From a virus (taxonomy: Duplodnaviria; Caudoviricetes), in the IMG/VR virus record IMGVR_UViG_3300049926_000016, positions 1-48,152 of that record: a stretch of 48,152 nucleotides of DNA, one strand, 5' to 3'. The notes beneath the pieces are model-generated. The model was given only the letters and a program-made list of their open reading frames with translations. It was not told where the DNA came from and searched no databases. A program made the translations under genes and the position numbers. Within the stretch, counting starts at the first letter, position 1; each line of letters starts with the position of its first letter. Shown here one piece after another: positions 10,389-19,225 of this stretch.

Positions 10389-11005
10389 TTCGCACCGATG
10401 TCGTCGGGGTAGGTGGCCTCGGCGACGGCGTCGTCATCGTTCTCGACCGGCGCCATGAGCCGCTTGGGTTCCTTACCGCCCGAGATGGCGACCGGCGCCA
10501 GCCCGGCGGCGGTCATTGCCTCGAACAGGCCCAGTTTCAGCTCACCCTGCACCTTCTCCCGCCGGTCGCTGAGACCCTGTGTCTTCAGGATGGAGGAGAT
10601 GGCGGACTGGAGGTCCTTGCCGAGGATGTCGTGGAACTCCGACCAGTCGTGGCGCGGGTAGGTGTCGGCGCCCTCCACCCCGGCCTCCTCGGCCTTATCA
10701 AGGGCCTCGTTCAGCTCCTCGGCGCGGGCCTTGGCCAGCTCGATGCGCCGCTCGATTTCGTCCAATTGCAATCGCTGGAGGGCGAGCACGCGCTCGCGCA
10801 CCGGCAGGTCGGGCTGGACGTTGACGTCGCGGAGGTTGCCCCCGGCGACGTGGTCCTTCAGGTGCGTGAGGATGGCCTTCGAGGACGGCGAGCCGCCGAG
10901 CACCGATGAGATGGTGCTGGCGTTCATGCCGTCGTTCCACATGGAGGCGATGGCGCGCTTCTGGTCCGTGGTCTTGCAGATGGCGCAGCGCGTTGAAATT
11001 GTCAT
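10385..11005 (-). CDS. Probable terminase small subunit
   Basis: Immediately upstream of terL; N-terminal CxxC and HTH-like segment followed by a coiled coil. Confidence 0.65.
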   Translation of the reverse strand: MTISTRCAICKTTDQKRAIASMWNDGMNASTISSVLGGSPSSKAILTHLKDHVAGGNLRDVNVQPDLPVRERVLALQRLQLDEIERRIELAKARAEELNEALDKAEEAGVEGADTYPRHDWSEFHDILGKDLQSAISSILKTQGLSDRREKVQGELKLGLFEAMTAAGLAPVAISGGKEPKRLMAPVENDDDAVAEATYPDDIGAK

Positions 11006-11511
11006 TGGGCACCAAGGATGGCATTGAGGACGCCGTTGCGCAAATCGACCGGCCGGATGACGACCGCCGGGATGCCGCAGAGGTTGAGGAGCTGGAGGTA
11101 TTCGAGCTGGCCCGGCTCGAAGGTCCCGTTCATCCGCTTCAGCTCGATGGCGAGGCTCCGGCGCTGGCGCTCGTGCAGGAGGAACAGGTCGGGGAAGGAC
11201 TTGGCCGTGGAGACGAAGATGGGGTTCCCGGCGCCGTCAAATGCGGCGATGCCCTTGCCGACGTGCTTCACATCCCACCCCCGGGACTTCGCGCGCGCCA
11301 TCGCCCGGGCTTGGAGCGTCTTCTCGGACATTTTGGAGTCCTTGCACCACTCAACGCCCTCTTTGTGGGTGATGAACTTGCTGCACGAGGGGCAATACGC
11401 CTTTGCGGCCTCCTTGAAGGCCAATTTGGCGGCTTTCGGGTCAGATTTCACCATCTCAACGCTCCGGCGGAGCCCGAATTCAGTTGAGTCATGTAGAGTA
11501 GTGTCATTCAT
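11002..11511 (-). CDS. VRR-NUC / PD-(D/E)XK nuclease (resolvase-like)
   Basis: FPDLFLL...IELKR...GQLEYLQLL...GIPAVVIRP pattern. Confidence 0.8.
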   Translation of the reverse strand: MNDTTLHDSTEFGLRRSVEMVKSDPKAAKLAFKEAAKAYCPSCSKFITHKEGVEWCKDSKMSEKTLQARAMARAKSRGWDVKHVGKGIAAFDGAGNPIFVSTAKSFPDLFLLHERQRRSLAIELKRMNGTFEPGQLEYLQLLNLCGIPAVVIRPVDLRNGVLNAILGAQ

Positions 11512-12949
11512 TGTCGTCCTGCGCGTCCGTCATGTTGCGCAGCCGCAGCCCGGGGTAGAACTTGCCCGTCGCGCGGACCTTCTTCCCGTACTTCCGGCTC
11601 ATCGCGAGCCCGAACCCGGTCTGGGTCATGCGCTCGATGCCGTTCCGCTCGGCCCAGCCCTCAAACGCCTTCCAGACCTGCCCCGCCGGGGCCTCGGCCT
11701 TCGGGTCAAGGATGGTCAGCTCGGCCTCGAACGCCGACAGGGGGTCATTCTCCGAAATGTAGTCGGCCGACCAGTTCGTCACCTTCTGGGGTTCGGGCAG
11801 GCCCAGCGTCAGGTACTCCTGAGCGGCGATGGCCATGACCCGGAGCGCGCCTTGGAGGCTCGCGGTCTCCTTCAGCCGGTCTTCCAGCTCCTTGTCATCG
11901 CGCTTCGGGTCCCGGTAGTCCTGCTCGAACCACAGGATGCGCACGCGGCGCTGCATCGACGGGCCGACGTCGTCCGTCCGAGGCGGGTTGTTGGTCAGGA
12001 AGACGATGGTGTGCGTCGGGCTGAACGTCTTGAAGGTCTTGGCATAGAGGGTCCGGCCCTCGATGGGGTCGTTGCCGGTATGGGCCTTCAGCATCTCCTC
12101 GTTGAACTGGCCGCCCTGCGGCTCGGACATGTAGGTGAACCGCGCCCCCTCCAATTTCAATAGCTCCGGCCGGGGCTTGTCGCTCGACGCCGACCCGAAC
12201 TTGGTCCGCATGTAGAGCGTGTCCGGTGGGGTCGCGGCGTAGTCGCCCAGCGCCTTCGTGACCGTCCGGGCCAGTACGCCCTTGCCGTTCTGACCCTGCC
12301 CGACCCACATCCAGAACTTCTGCTCGCGGTTGGTGCCGAGCATCGAGTACCCGAGCACCCGGAGGAGGTAGTCGCGGAGGTCCACGTCGTGGCCCATGAT
12401 GTCGTCCACGAACGCGGTGAACGGCTGGATGTTGGCGGCCGGGTCCCAGTCCACTCCGGTCGAGCGCGAGATGAGGAGTGCCGGGTCTGGCGAGGTATCG
12501 AGGTTGAGGGTCCGGAGGTCGAGCACCCCGTTACTGAACCCCAGCAGCTCCGGGTGCTGGTCCCACTCCTCGCCCGACATTGCAATCTCGGGCATCGAGG
12601 CCAGCGTCTTCAGCACGGCCACTTTCTTCCCGTAGTCCAGCAGCGTCGAGTAGACCTTCATGCTGTCCGGGCTCGGGTTGATGGCCGTGCTCGGCAGCCA
12701 CGTGCGCACCAACTTCTCGCGGACGAGGTCGAAGACCTCCGTCGTGCGGTCGGGCGCCCAGCGGATGCCATTCCAGATGTGCCACAGGGAGGTCGAGTGG
12801 TCGTACCGGACCCGGTCGCCGATGCCGAGGGGGCTCGGCTGAGCGAGCATCGTGGCGAAGTAGTCGTCGCGGCTGGTCAGATGGACGGCCTGCTGAAGGG
12901 CGTCCCACTGGTCATCCGCGCTAGGCACGCGGGGCTCGCTTGTACGCAC
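11504..12949 (-). CDS. D5/P4-family SF3 helicase (primase C-terminal type)
   Basis: D5_N-like WNGIRW and NGVLDL; Walker A GQGQNGKG; TGNDPIEGRTLY; TNNPP...RRV. An alternative GTG start exists at 12928. Confidence 0.9.
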   Translation of the reverse strand: MRTSEPRVPSADDQWDALQQAVHLTSRDDYFATMLAQPSPLGIGDRVRYDHSTSLWHIWNGIRWAPDRTTEVFDLVREKLVRTWLPSTAINPSPDSMKVYSTLLDYGKKVAVLKTLASMPEIAMSGEEWDQHPELLGFSNGVLDLRTLNLDTSPDPALLISRSTGVDWDPAANIQPFTAFVDDIMGHDVDLRDYLLRVLGYSMLGTNREQKFWMWVGQGQNGKGVLARTVTKALGDYAATPPDTLYMRTKFGSASSDKPRPELLKLEGARFTYMSEPQGGQFNEEMLKAHTGNDPIEGRTLYAKTFKTFSPTHTIVFLTNNPPRTDDVGPSMQRRVRILWFEQDYRDPKRDDKELEDRLKETASLQGALRVMAIAAQEYLTLGLPEPQKVTNWSADYISENDPLSAFEAELTILDPKAEAPAGQVWKAFEGWAERNGIERMTQTGFGLAMSRKYGKKVRATGKFYPGLRLRNMTDAQDDNE

Positions 12950-13943
12950 CCTTGATGGTGTCTCGGGCGCGGGAACGGGGGTGGCCTCCCTTGATGGCAG
13001 CGGCGAGGAGTCGTGTCATTGCGTCCGCCAATGGTACACCCTCCTCCATCGCGGTCATAGCCGCCCAGTGGATGACGTTGTTCTGGTTGCCGTCGGCGGC
13101 GTTCTCGATGGCCTTCTCCAGACCCTCCAGCCCGTAGGTCCACGTCTTCGGCCACTCCCACCACGGGACGCCCTCGACGTAGGTCTGGGTGAACGAGGTC
13201 ATCGACTTCTTCTCTGGCTTGCCGTCAAGGAACTGGTCCTCGGCCGCGAACCTCTCGCGGACCTTCTCCGGCAGGATGTCGGGCATGTAGGTTGTCGCGT
13301 CCGGCGACACCAACGGGAAGACCCATTCGTAGGTCCCGTCAACGGTGCCGTCGGACGCGAAGTGGAGCGAGGGAGGCGCGACGACGTATCCGCCGAGCCC
13401 CTTGAAAAGGAGGGTACGCGTAGGGTCCGGTTGCTGGCCGTCCCCCAGCCATCGGTTCTTGTCCGCGCCGGGCATCAAGAACCACACGTGGAGTCCATTC
13501 TTGGTCTTCGCGACGACGCTCTCGCCCGCCTCGACCTTCCAGCCGAGTTCGAGCATGAGGTTGGCCGCGCGGTCGGTGTCGATGTCCGCCACGTAGTAGC
13601 CGGGCGGGATGAGGATTGCAATGCCGGTGGTCCCGTGGTCCTCGCTGAAGGCGGCCAGTACGGCCTCGACCTCGGCGGGCGTCTCGGGGTCCCCGTTGAA
13701 GGAGTCGTCCCACGACCAGCTCTCACCGTGGACGCGGCCGTTCGGCTTCTTCCCGGTGAGGGCGAGGATGTGGAGCCCGGCCGACACGTAGTCGAGCGCG
13801 GCCTGCTGGAGAGGGGTCAAGGTGCTCCTTTCAGGAGATGCAGGCCCGGCACCGGCCGCAGTAGGAGGACCGAAGTCCATTCCTGCGGGAGTGGTGCCGG
13901 GCAGGTCCCGCGTCGTGGTCTGCCGGGTAGCTACGTCCGACAT
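12921..13943 (-). CDS. Bifunctional DNA primase/polymerase (prim-pol)
   Basis: VADIDTD, TKNGLHVWF and GGYVVAPPSLH motifs; start taken at MSDVATRQ. Confidence 0.88.
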   Translation of the reverse strand: MSDVATRQTTTRDLPGTTPAGMDFGPPTAAGAGPASPERSTLTPLQQAALDYVSAGLHILALTGKKPNGRVHGESWSWDDSFNGDPETPAEVEAVLAAFSEDHGTTGIAILIPPGYYVADIDTDRAANLMLELGWKVEAGESVVAKTKNGLHVWFLMPGADKNRWLGDGQQPDPTRTLLFKGLGGYVVAPPSLHFASDGTVDGTYEWVFPLVSPDATTYMPDILPEKVRERFAAEDQFLDGKPEKKSMTSFTQTYVEGVPWWEWPKTWTYGLEGLEKAIENAADGNQNNVIHWAAMTAMEEGVPLADAMTRLLAAAIKGGHPRSRARDTIKGAYKRAPRA

Positions 13944-13966
13944 TGCCGCATCGCGAGCCGATGTGG

Positions 13967-14155
13967 TTAGCCGAGGCGCCGCTTCTGGACCCACGCGTTG
14001 AGGTCCACAGCGAGGATGAGGTACGACCTCCCCCGCTTGGTGGGCTCGCGCGTGGCAAGCAGCTCGTGCTTTCGGATGGCGCGCCGAAGGGTCTCGACGT
14101 TGCATCCGACCAGTTCAGCCGCCTCGGCCGTGGTGAACTTCCGGGCGGCCACCAT
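13967..14155 (-). CDS. Excisionase/MerR-like HTH DNA-binding protein
   Basis: FTTAEAAELVGCNVETLRRAIRKHEL...YLILAVDL matches the HTH_17-type pattern. Confidence 0.85.
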   Translation of the reverse strand: MVAARKFTTAEAAELVGCNVETLRRAIRKHELLATREPTKRGRSYLILAVDLNAWVQKRRLG

Positions 14156-14337
14156 CAGCGAACGCCCATCTGGTTGAGGGCCGCCCCCACCCGCGCGTCG
14201 ATGCCCTTGCGGACCTCGGCCCGAGTCAGTCGGCGCGGCTTGTTCTGGACCCAGCGGGACCCATTGCCGTATGACTCGGTGCGGGTGAGAACGGTGCCGT
14301 CATCGCGCTTGACGGTGACGGCGACCGTGACGTCCAT
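14155..14337 (-). CDS. Hypothetical protein, 60 aa
   Basis: Fills the operon gap, overlapping the next start; typical codon usage. Confidence 0.65.
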   Translation of the reverse strand: MDVTVAVTVKRDDGTVLTRTESYGNGSRWVQNKPRRLTRAEVRKGIDARVGAALNQMGVR

Positions 14338-14340
14338 GGC

Positions 14341-14820
14341 CTACTTGGCCTTCGCGAGCGGCTTGGCCGGGCCGAGGAACGCCTCGATTTGCGGCCAGCC
14401 CTTGTCGTTGTGCGTGACCTGCACCATGACCTCGCGACCCTGCACCTTGGACAGGTCCACGGGGTTCTCGGCGGTGCTGGCCAGCCAGAGCTGGAACTCG
14501 GCCGGGGTGAGGAGGCCCTTCAGGTAGAAGTACGAGTTGCTGCGCTCGTCCGAGCTGAAGACCTTGACCGACTTGGCCTGCCGGAGGTCCAGCGTGTCGT
14601 CCGGGCTCTCGGCCTCGGGCAACATGACCGGCTTCCGCTCCTCATCGAGGATGGTCGCGCCGAAGTCGAACCGACCTCCGTCATCGACCTTGCCGAACTT
14701 GTCCTTGTCGGTCTTGAACTGCTCGACCACTCGGTAGTCGATGTCATTGAACCGAGCGACGTAGATGCCGTCCTCGATTTCGGGCGCTGAGCCCGAGGCT
14801 GCCGGGGCGGGGATGTTCAT
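14341..14820 (-). CDS. Putative phage ssDNA-binding (OB-fold) protein
   Basis: SD GAAAGGAG before the ATG at 14820; EDGIYVARF...GREVMVQVTH pattern typical of phage SSB-like proteins; first gene of the replication operon. Confidence 0.6.
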   Translation of the reverse strand: MNIPAPAASGSAPEIEDGIYVARFNDIDYRVVEQFKTDKDKFGKVDDGGRFDFGATILDEERKPVMLPEAESPDDTLDLRQAKSVKVFSSDERSNSYFYLKGLLTPAEFQLWLASTAENPVDLSKVQGREVMVQVTHNDKGWPQIEAFLGPAKPLAKAK

Positions 14821-14867
14821 GCGTGCTCCTTTCGAGCAATCCCGACCAGAGCGTCGGGTGAGTCCCA

Positions 14868-14897
14868 ACTATACCTCCACTGCTCAACACCTGTCAA
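14868..14897 (-). promoter_or_regulatory. Sigma70-type promoter driving the leftward operon
   Basis: TTGACA-18 bp-TATAGT on the minus strand. Confidence 0.8.
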
Positions 14898-14914
14898 CCC
14901 CTCTATGGGACCCT

Positions 14915-15311
14915 CGATTTTTGGATTGTGGCGGGTATGACGAGTTGAGCCTTTTGGGGACAAACTACTAGCTGGAGTTCTTCACGAGGGGCTTTCCTCG
15001 GCAACCCGGCACAACCCGTCATTTTGGGCCAAACCCGTCATTTTTGGGGCGATTTTGGGTCCCCGGGGGGCTGCATGTCCGTCCGCCGCCCTTCCGCCCC
15101 GAAAGACCCCCCACCCCGGCGGGTCTCCGCAAGTCGCCGCAACCGGCCGACCGCGCGCTCGTGGACGGTGGCACGGTGGCTCGTGGACATGCTCGACATC
15201 ACGACACCAGTGCACAAAACGAACACCCGTACTACAAGCGGTGCCAACACGCACCATCCAGTCTCGGCCGATACCCCCCGGGGGTATTGCATTGCCATTG
15301 CCCGGGGGTAT
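14915..15311. repeat. Non-coding repeat/palindrome region (candidate origin or genome terminus)
   Basis: TTTTGG x5; AACCCGTCATTTT at 15013 and 15032; GCTCGTGGAC x2 (~15157, ~15179); palindrome ATACCCCC-C-GGGGGTAT at 15271-15287; CCCGGGGGTAT again at 15301. Confidence 0.6.
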
Positions 15312-15376
15312 GCTGGACGCAGTCCAGCCGTCCGGAACAACCGGCCGGTGGGCGGAGCACGGAAGGGGTAGCCAAG

Positions 15377-15778
15377 ATGGCCACCAGCACCAGCACCCGG
15401 AAGCGCGCCACGGCAGCCGACATCGCAGCGGCCGTGAAACTGGGCAGCATCGCACCCGATGCCGAAGTCGTGACGGCCGACGAACTGGCCGAGCGGGATG
15501 CCGAAACCCGCGCCACCGTAACGGCCGAGCGGCCGAGCCCGAGCCTGTCGGCAGCCGAGCACCAGTGCGGCATCGTCGGATGCCGTCATGGCAGCGCGCA
15601 TCCGGTCGTCTCGCAGCCGGACCGTCAGGTCAAATTGCAATGCCCGGGATGCGGCGCAGTCGCCCGCATGACGGCAGCGGCCATCGCCCGGACGGCCGGG
15701 GCGGGCATCACCTGCAATGGTGACGGCCAGACATTCACAGTGGCAGCGCGGCGCACCTACTCCCGGAAGTCGGCATGA
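15377..15778 (+). CDS. Zn-binding hypothetical protein
   Basis: SD GGAAGGGG; MATSTSTRKR...; CGIVGCxH and CPGC..C motifs. Confidence 0.75.
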   Translation: MATSTSTRKRATAADIAAAVKLGSIAPDAEVVTADELAERDAETRATVTAERPSPSLSAAEHQCGIVGCRHGSAHPVVSQPDRQVKLQCPGCGAVARMTAAAIARTAGAGITCNGDGQTFTVAARRTYSRKSA

Positions 15779-16863
15779 CTGCGAGCGCGCAGCCGAGCAC
15801 CGGGACGTCCAGCACCAGCACCGACAGCACGAAAGGGACACCGACCGTGGACACGAGCACCCCTGCGGGCAAACTGGCGGCGGCCATCGACGCGAACATC
15901 CCGGCCCTACTGATGGGCGCACCCGGGACGGCCAAGACGGCCACCATCGAAGCAATTGCAATCGCCCGGGGGGCGTATCTCGAAGTCGTCATCGCGTCGG
16001 CCCAAGACCCGACGACAATCCTCGGCATCCCGATGCCGACCGAAGACCGGAAGTACACCGAACCGACCATGCCCGGGTGGGCGCGGCGCATCAACGCAGC
16101 GCATGACGCGGGACGGCCGACCATCCTGTTTCTGGACGAACTGACGACGGTCCCGCCGTCGGTGGCGGCGCCATTGCTGGGCATCGTCCAGTCCCGTCGG
16201 TCTGACGGCTGGACACTCCCGGCCGATACTCGCATCGTGGCAGCGGCCAACCCGCCAGACCTAGCGGTCGGTGGCTGGGCAATCGAGCCCGCCATGGCCA
16301 ACCGCTGGACGCATATCGACTGGCCGAGCCCGGTGGCCGACTGGACAGCATGGGCGGCGGCGCAGTCCAGCCCGACGCTCCGGTTGCTGGCCGACTACAT
16401 CCGGACCGTCCCGGAGCAATTGCTCGCAGTCCCGACCGACATCCGGAAGCGGTCGGGCGCATGGCCGAGCCCGCGCTCGTGGACGAACGCAGCCCGGCTC
16501 GTGGACACGACGGGCGACTACCTGATGGCCGCGCTGGCCGTCGGCGATGCCGCTGCGGCGACGTTCGCGAACTGGGCATCGAAGCGTGACGTTCCATCGG
16601 TGGCCGACATGCTCGCCGGGACGGTCCCGCTGCCCGAACGGCATGACGCGTTCGTCACGTCATTGCAATCCCTGACGGAAGCGGTGACGGCCGAGACGCT
16701 GGGCCGAACGCTCGACATCCTGACGGCCGCCGTGGCCGTTGACGCGAGCGTCGTGGCCATCGTCACCCGGAAGATGGCGCAGCGCGGTTTCGTCGTCGGT
16801 CTGGCCGGTCTCGTGGCCACCATCGAAGCGGCCGGAATTGACTTCGGGTCGGTGGCGGCATGA
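15775..16863 (+). CDS. MoxR-type AAA+ ATPase
   Basis: Walker A GAPGTAKT, Walker B LFLDE, sensor AANP, EPAMANRW arginine finger, PSPRSW. Confidence 0.92.
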   Translation: MTASAQPSTGTSSTSTDSTKGTPTVDTSTPAGKLAAAIDANIPALLMGAPGTAKTATIEAIAIARGAYLEVVIASAQDPTTILGIPMPTEDRKYTEPTMPGWARRINAAHDAGRPTILFLDELTTVPPSVAAPLLGIVQSRRSDGWTLPADTRIVAAANPPDLAVGGWAIEPAMANRWTHIDWPSPVADWTAWAAAQSSPTLRLLADYIRTVPEQLLAVPTDIRKRSGAWPSPRSWTNAARLVDTTGDYLMAALAVGDAAAATFANWASKRDVPSVADMLAGTVPLPERHDAFVTSLQSLTEAVTAETLGRTLDILTAAVAVDASVVAIVTRKMAQRGFVVGLAGLVATIEAAGIDFGSVAA

Positions 16864-18074
16864 CGGCCGGACGGTTCAACGTAGACCCCCGCATCAACGC
16901 TGCAATCGAACGCACGTTCGAGACGCACCCCTACTACGCGACGGCCGTTACCCGGTTGCGCATCACCCCGGATGCCAACGTCCCGACGATGGCCACGAGC
17001 GCGGAATGGGTCACGCATTACAATCCGGCGACGGTCGCCGGGTGGACGCGTGACGAGACGGCCGCCGTCATCGTCCACGAACTGGAACACCTACTCCGGG
17101 ACCATAACGGCCGCTGCGGCGACCGCGACCATGGCCAGTGGAACGTCACGGCCGACGCGGAAATCAATCAACGGCTGCCCGGTCTCCCGGCCGGAGCGGT
17201 GTACCCGTCCACATTGTCATTGCCCGAGCGTCTGACGGCCGAGACGATGTACGCGTTGAACGGTGGGAAGCGCGGCGAGCCCGAGCCCGAGCCCGGAGCG
17301 GGTGACGGTGACGGTGGTAGCGGCGAGGGTTCCGGCGATGGCGCCGGAGCACCCGGCGACGGTCCCGACTGCGGCAGCGCGGCCGGTGGCGCCACCCGAC
17401 CATGGGAAGCCAACGACGAACGGCAGCCGGGCGCCGGAGCGGCCAACGGCGGCGACGATGCCCGGAAGGATGTTGCCCGGTCCATCATGGGCGGAGCGGC
17501 AGCCGGAACGGCCGATGCTGACGAACTGCGCGAGTGGGCCGAGACGGAACTGGGCATCGACCGCGCGGGATGGTACCGCGCGCTGGCGGCGGCCGTCGGT
17601 CATACGATGGCACCGTTCGGTGCACCGACCCGCTGGGTCTGGCCGGGGCGCCGGGACATCCGGGACATGGGCGGGGCGATGGTCCCGCGCTGGACCGGCG
17701 AACGGCCGTCATGCGCAGTCGTCATTGACACCAGCGGCAGCATCACCCAACTGGACATTGAAATGGCAGTGGCAGCAGCCCACTACATCGGCCGCATGGC
17801 CGACATCCGGGTCTACGGCTGCAACACCCAAGTCGTGGACTACGGGACCACTGTACCCGAGCGCATCCGGGGCGGCGGCGGGACGAACATGGGGGTCGGC
17901 ATCGGACGGGCCATCGCGGACGGTGCCAAGGCTGTCGTCGTCATCACCGACTGCGAGACCCCGTGGCCGGAGAACGCGGGGGTCGCGGTCATCATCGGAG
18001 CCAACGCGAGCGCGAGCACCTACGGTGTCCCGGACTGGATGACGGTCCTCCCCATCATGGCCGAGACCGACTGA
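16860..18074 (+). CDS. DUF2201-like metallopeptidase + VWA domain protein
   Basis: HELEH zincin motif, WNVTADAEIN, acidic/Gly linker, MIDAS DTSGS, GGGGT, VITD. Confidence 0.92.
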   Translation: MTAGRFNVDPRINAAIERTFETHPYYATAVTRLRITPDANVPTMATSAEWVTHYNPATVAGWTRDETAAVIVHELEHLLRDHNGRCGDRDHGQWNVTADAEINQRLPGLPAGAVYPSTLSLPERLTAETMYALNGGKRGEPEPEPGAGDGDGGSGEGSGDGAGAPGDGPDCGSAAGGATRPWEANDERQPGAGAANGGDDARKDVARSIMGGAAAGTADADELREWAETELGIDRAGWYRALAAAVGHTMAPFGAPTRWVWPGRRDIRDMGGAMVPRWTGERPSCAVVIDTSGSITQLDIEMAVAAAHYIGRMADIRVYGCNTQVVDYGTTVPERIRGGGGTNMGVGIGRAIADGAKAVVVITDCETPWPENAGVAVIIGANASASTYGVPDWMTVLPIMAETD

Positions 18075-18098
18075 CGGCCACCGGCCGCCAGCACCGGA

Positions 18099-18126
18099 GC
18101 GCCCGGGCCGAAAGGTCCGGGCGTTT
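18099..18126 (+). terminator. Putative intrinsic terminator
   Basis: GCGCCCGGGCC-GAAA-GGTCCGGGCGT hairpin followed by a short T run, after the VWA gene. Confidence 0.65.
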
Positions 18127-18223
18127 CCATGTCCGGAAGAACTTGCGCGCCCGCGACGCCACTCCTCCGGGCATGACAATGTCGCCTGCGGCTCGAACTT
18201 CAGAGACATTGCAATGGCGCCTG

Positions 18224-18265
18224 CCAGCTCCAGCTCCAGCTCCTCCAGCTCCAGCTCGCCAAGCT
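18224..18265. repeat. CCAGCT tandem repeat (5 copies plus 1 variant)
   Basis: CCAGCT at 18224, 18230, 18236, 18245, 18251; CAAGCT at 18260; intergenic. Confidence 0.85.
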
Positions 18266-18325
18266 GCTGAAGCAACATTGCAATTGCCTTATCCGGTGGC
18301 TGCCCACGGGCCTGAAGATTGGGGG

Positions 18326-18355
18326 TTGACAGGTGTCGAGTAGTGGGCGCATAAT
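18326..18355 (+). promoter_or_regulatory. Sigma70-type promoter driving the rightward early operon
   Basis: TTGACA-18 bp-CATAAT; SD GGAGG before the ATG at 18406. Confidence 0.8.
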
Positions 18356-18405
18356 CGCGCGCACACGGTCCTACTAAGTGGGCCGACCAGACCCGGAGGC
18401 ATCTC

Positions 18406-18657
18406 ATGGCAGAGTCCCTGCACCAGTCACCGCAAACGGTGGCCACGGCTGATAGCGGCGTGACCGTGTCAGTCGGGCGAGTCGTCTTCACCGACGACAC
18501 CGTCATGCTGAGCGGTAGTCACAACGGGCTCGTGGGCAACCTGCCCGCCCAGTCCGCCCGGCTGCTGGCGGCGGCGCTCATCGCTGCTGCTGACGTCATC
18601 GACCCGAGCGGCGCCCGCCCGGTCATCATCCATCGGGGCGGAGGGTACGCCGGATGA
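18406..18657 (+). CDS. Hypothetical protein
   Basis: Strong SD; C-terminal ARLLAAALIAAAD helix common in small phage proteins. Confidence 0.75.
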   Translation: MAESLHQSPQTVATADSGVTVSVGRVVFTDDTVMLSGSHNGLVGNLPAQSARLLAAALIAAADVIDPSGARPVIIHRGGGYAG

Positions 18658-18842
18658 ACCAGCCCGTCCTGCTGGACCTCGCCCGAGCGGCTGAGTCCGG
18701 CATCGTCCTGAGCCTGTCGGAAGACATGGACCGGGTTCCCGAGGATGGTCGAGGGCCGAACGCGTGCCCCATGTGCGACGATGGCATCCTCACCATCACC
18801 CATCCCGTGCGCTGCAAGGCGTGCATCGCGGAGGGATTGTAA
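18654..18842 (+). CDS. Small Zn-finger protein
   Basis: CPMC...CKAC; ATGA overlap with the previous gene. Confidence 0.7.
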   Translation: MNQPVLLDLARAAESGIVLSLSEDMDRVPEDGRGPNACPMCDDGILTITHPVRCKACIAEGL

Positions 18843-19225
18843 TGTCGGCCAACGCACCGAGCGCCGAAGACCTCGCGGCGGTCGCCCGTCTGCTGGGACT
18901 CCCGGCCGAGGCCCCGACCACCATCACCGAATGGAAGATGCTGGGCTCATCGGGCAAGCACTACGTCATCACCAACCGCATCAACACGAAGCACGGCGGG
19001 ACCTACCTGCACTGCACGTGCCCGGGCTGGGCTTTCCAGTTCAACAAGGGCCGGGACTGCAAGCACGTCGCCGAAATCCGGTACGACCTGAGCCGCAAAG
19101 AGACAGCCGACCAGTATCCGGGGACCTGCGTCGAGTGCTTGGGCGTCGTCCGGGACATCAACGACCTGTCCGCTCATGCCGTCCGACACCAAGTCGGTAC
19201 CGGCGCCCTGCTGCGGAGGGCGTAA
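18842..19225 (+). CDS. SWIM zinc-finger protein
   Basis: HCTCPGW...DCKHV (CxC-CxH); TAATG overlap start. Confidence 0.8.
   Translation: MSANAPSAEDLAAVARLLGLPAEAPTTITEWKMLGSSGKHYVITNRINTKHGGTYLHCTCPGWAFQFNKGRDCKHVAEIRYDLSRKETADQYPGTCVECLGVVRDINDLSAHAVRHQVGTGALLRRA

Noticed and set aside
13967-14155. Excisionase implying a temperate lifestyle
   Set aside because: No integrase, repressor or att site seen; this HTH family is also common as a plain regulator.
17709-18506. Minus-strand 265-aa ORF containing ELEELELEL
   Set aside because: Overlaps the VWA gene, terminator and promoter antisense; the EL run is just the CCAGCT repeat.
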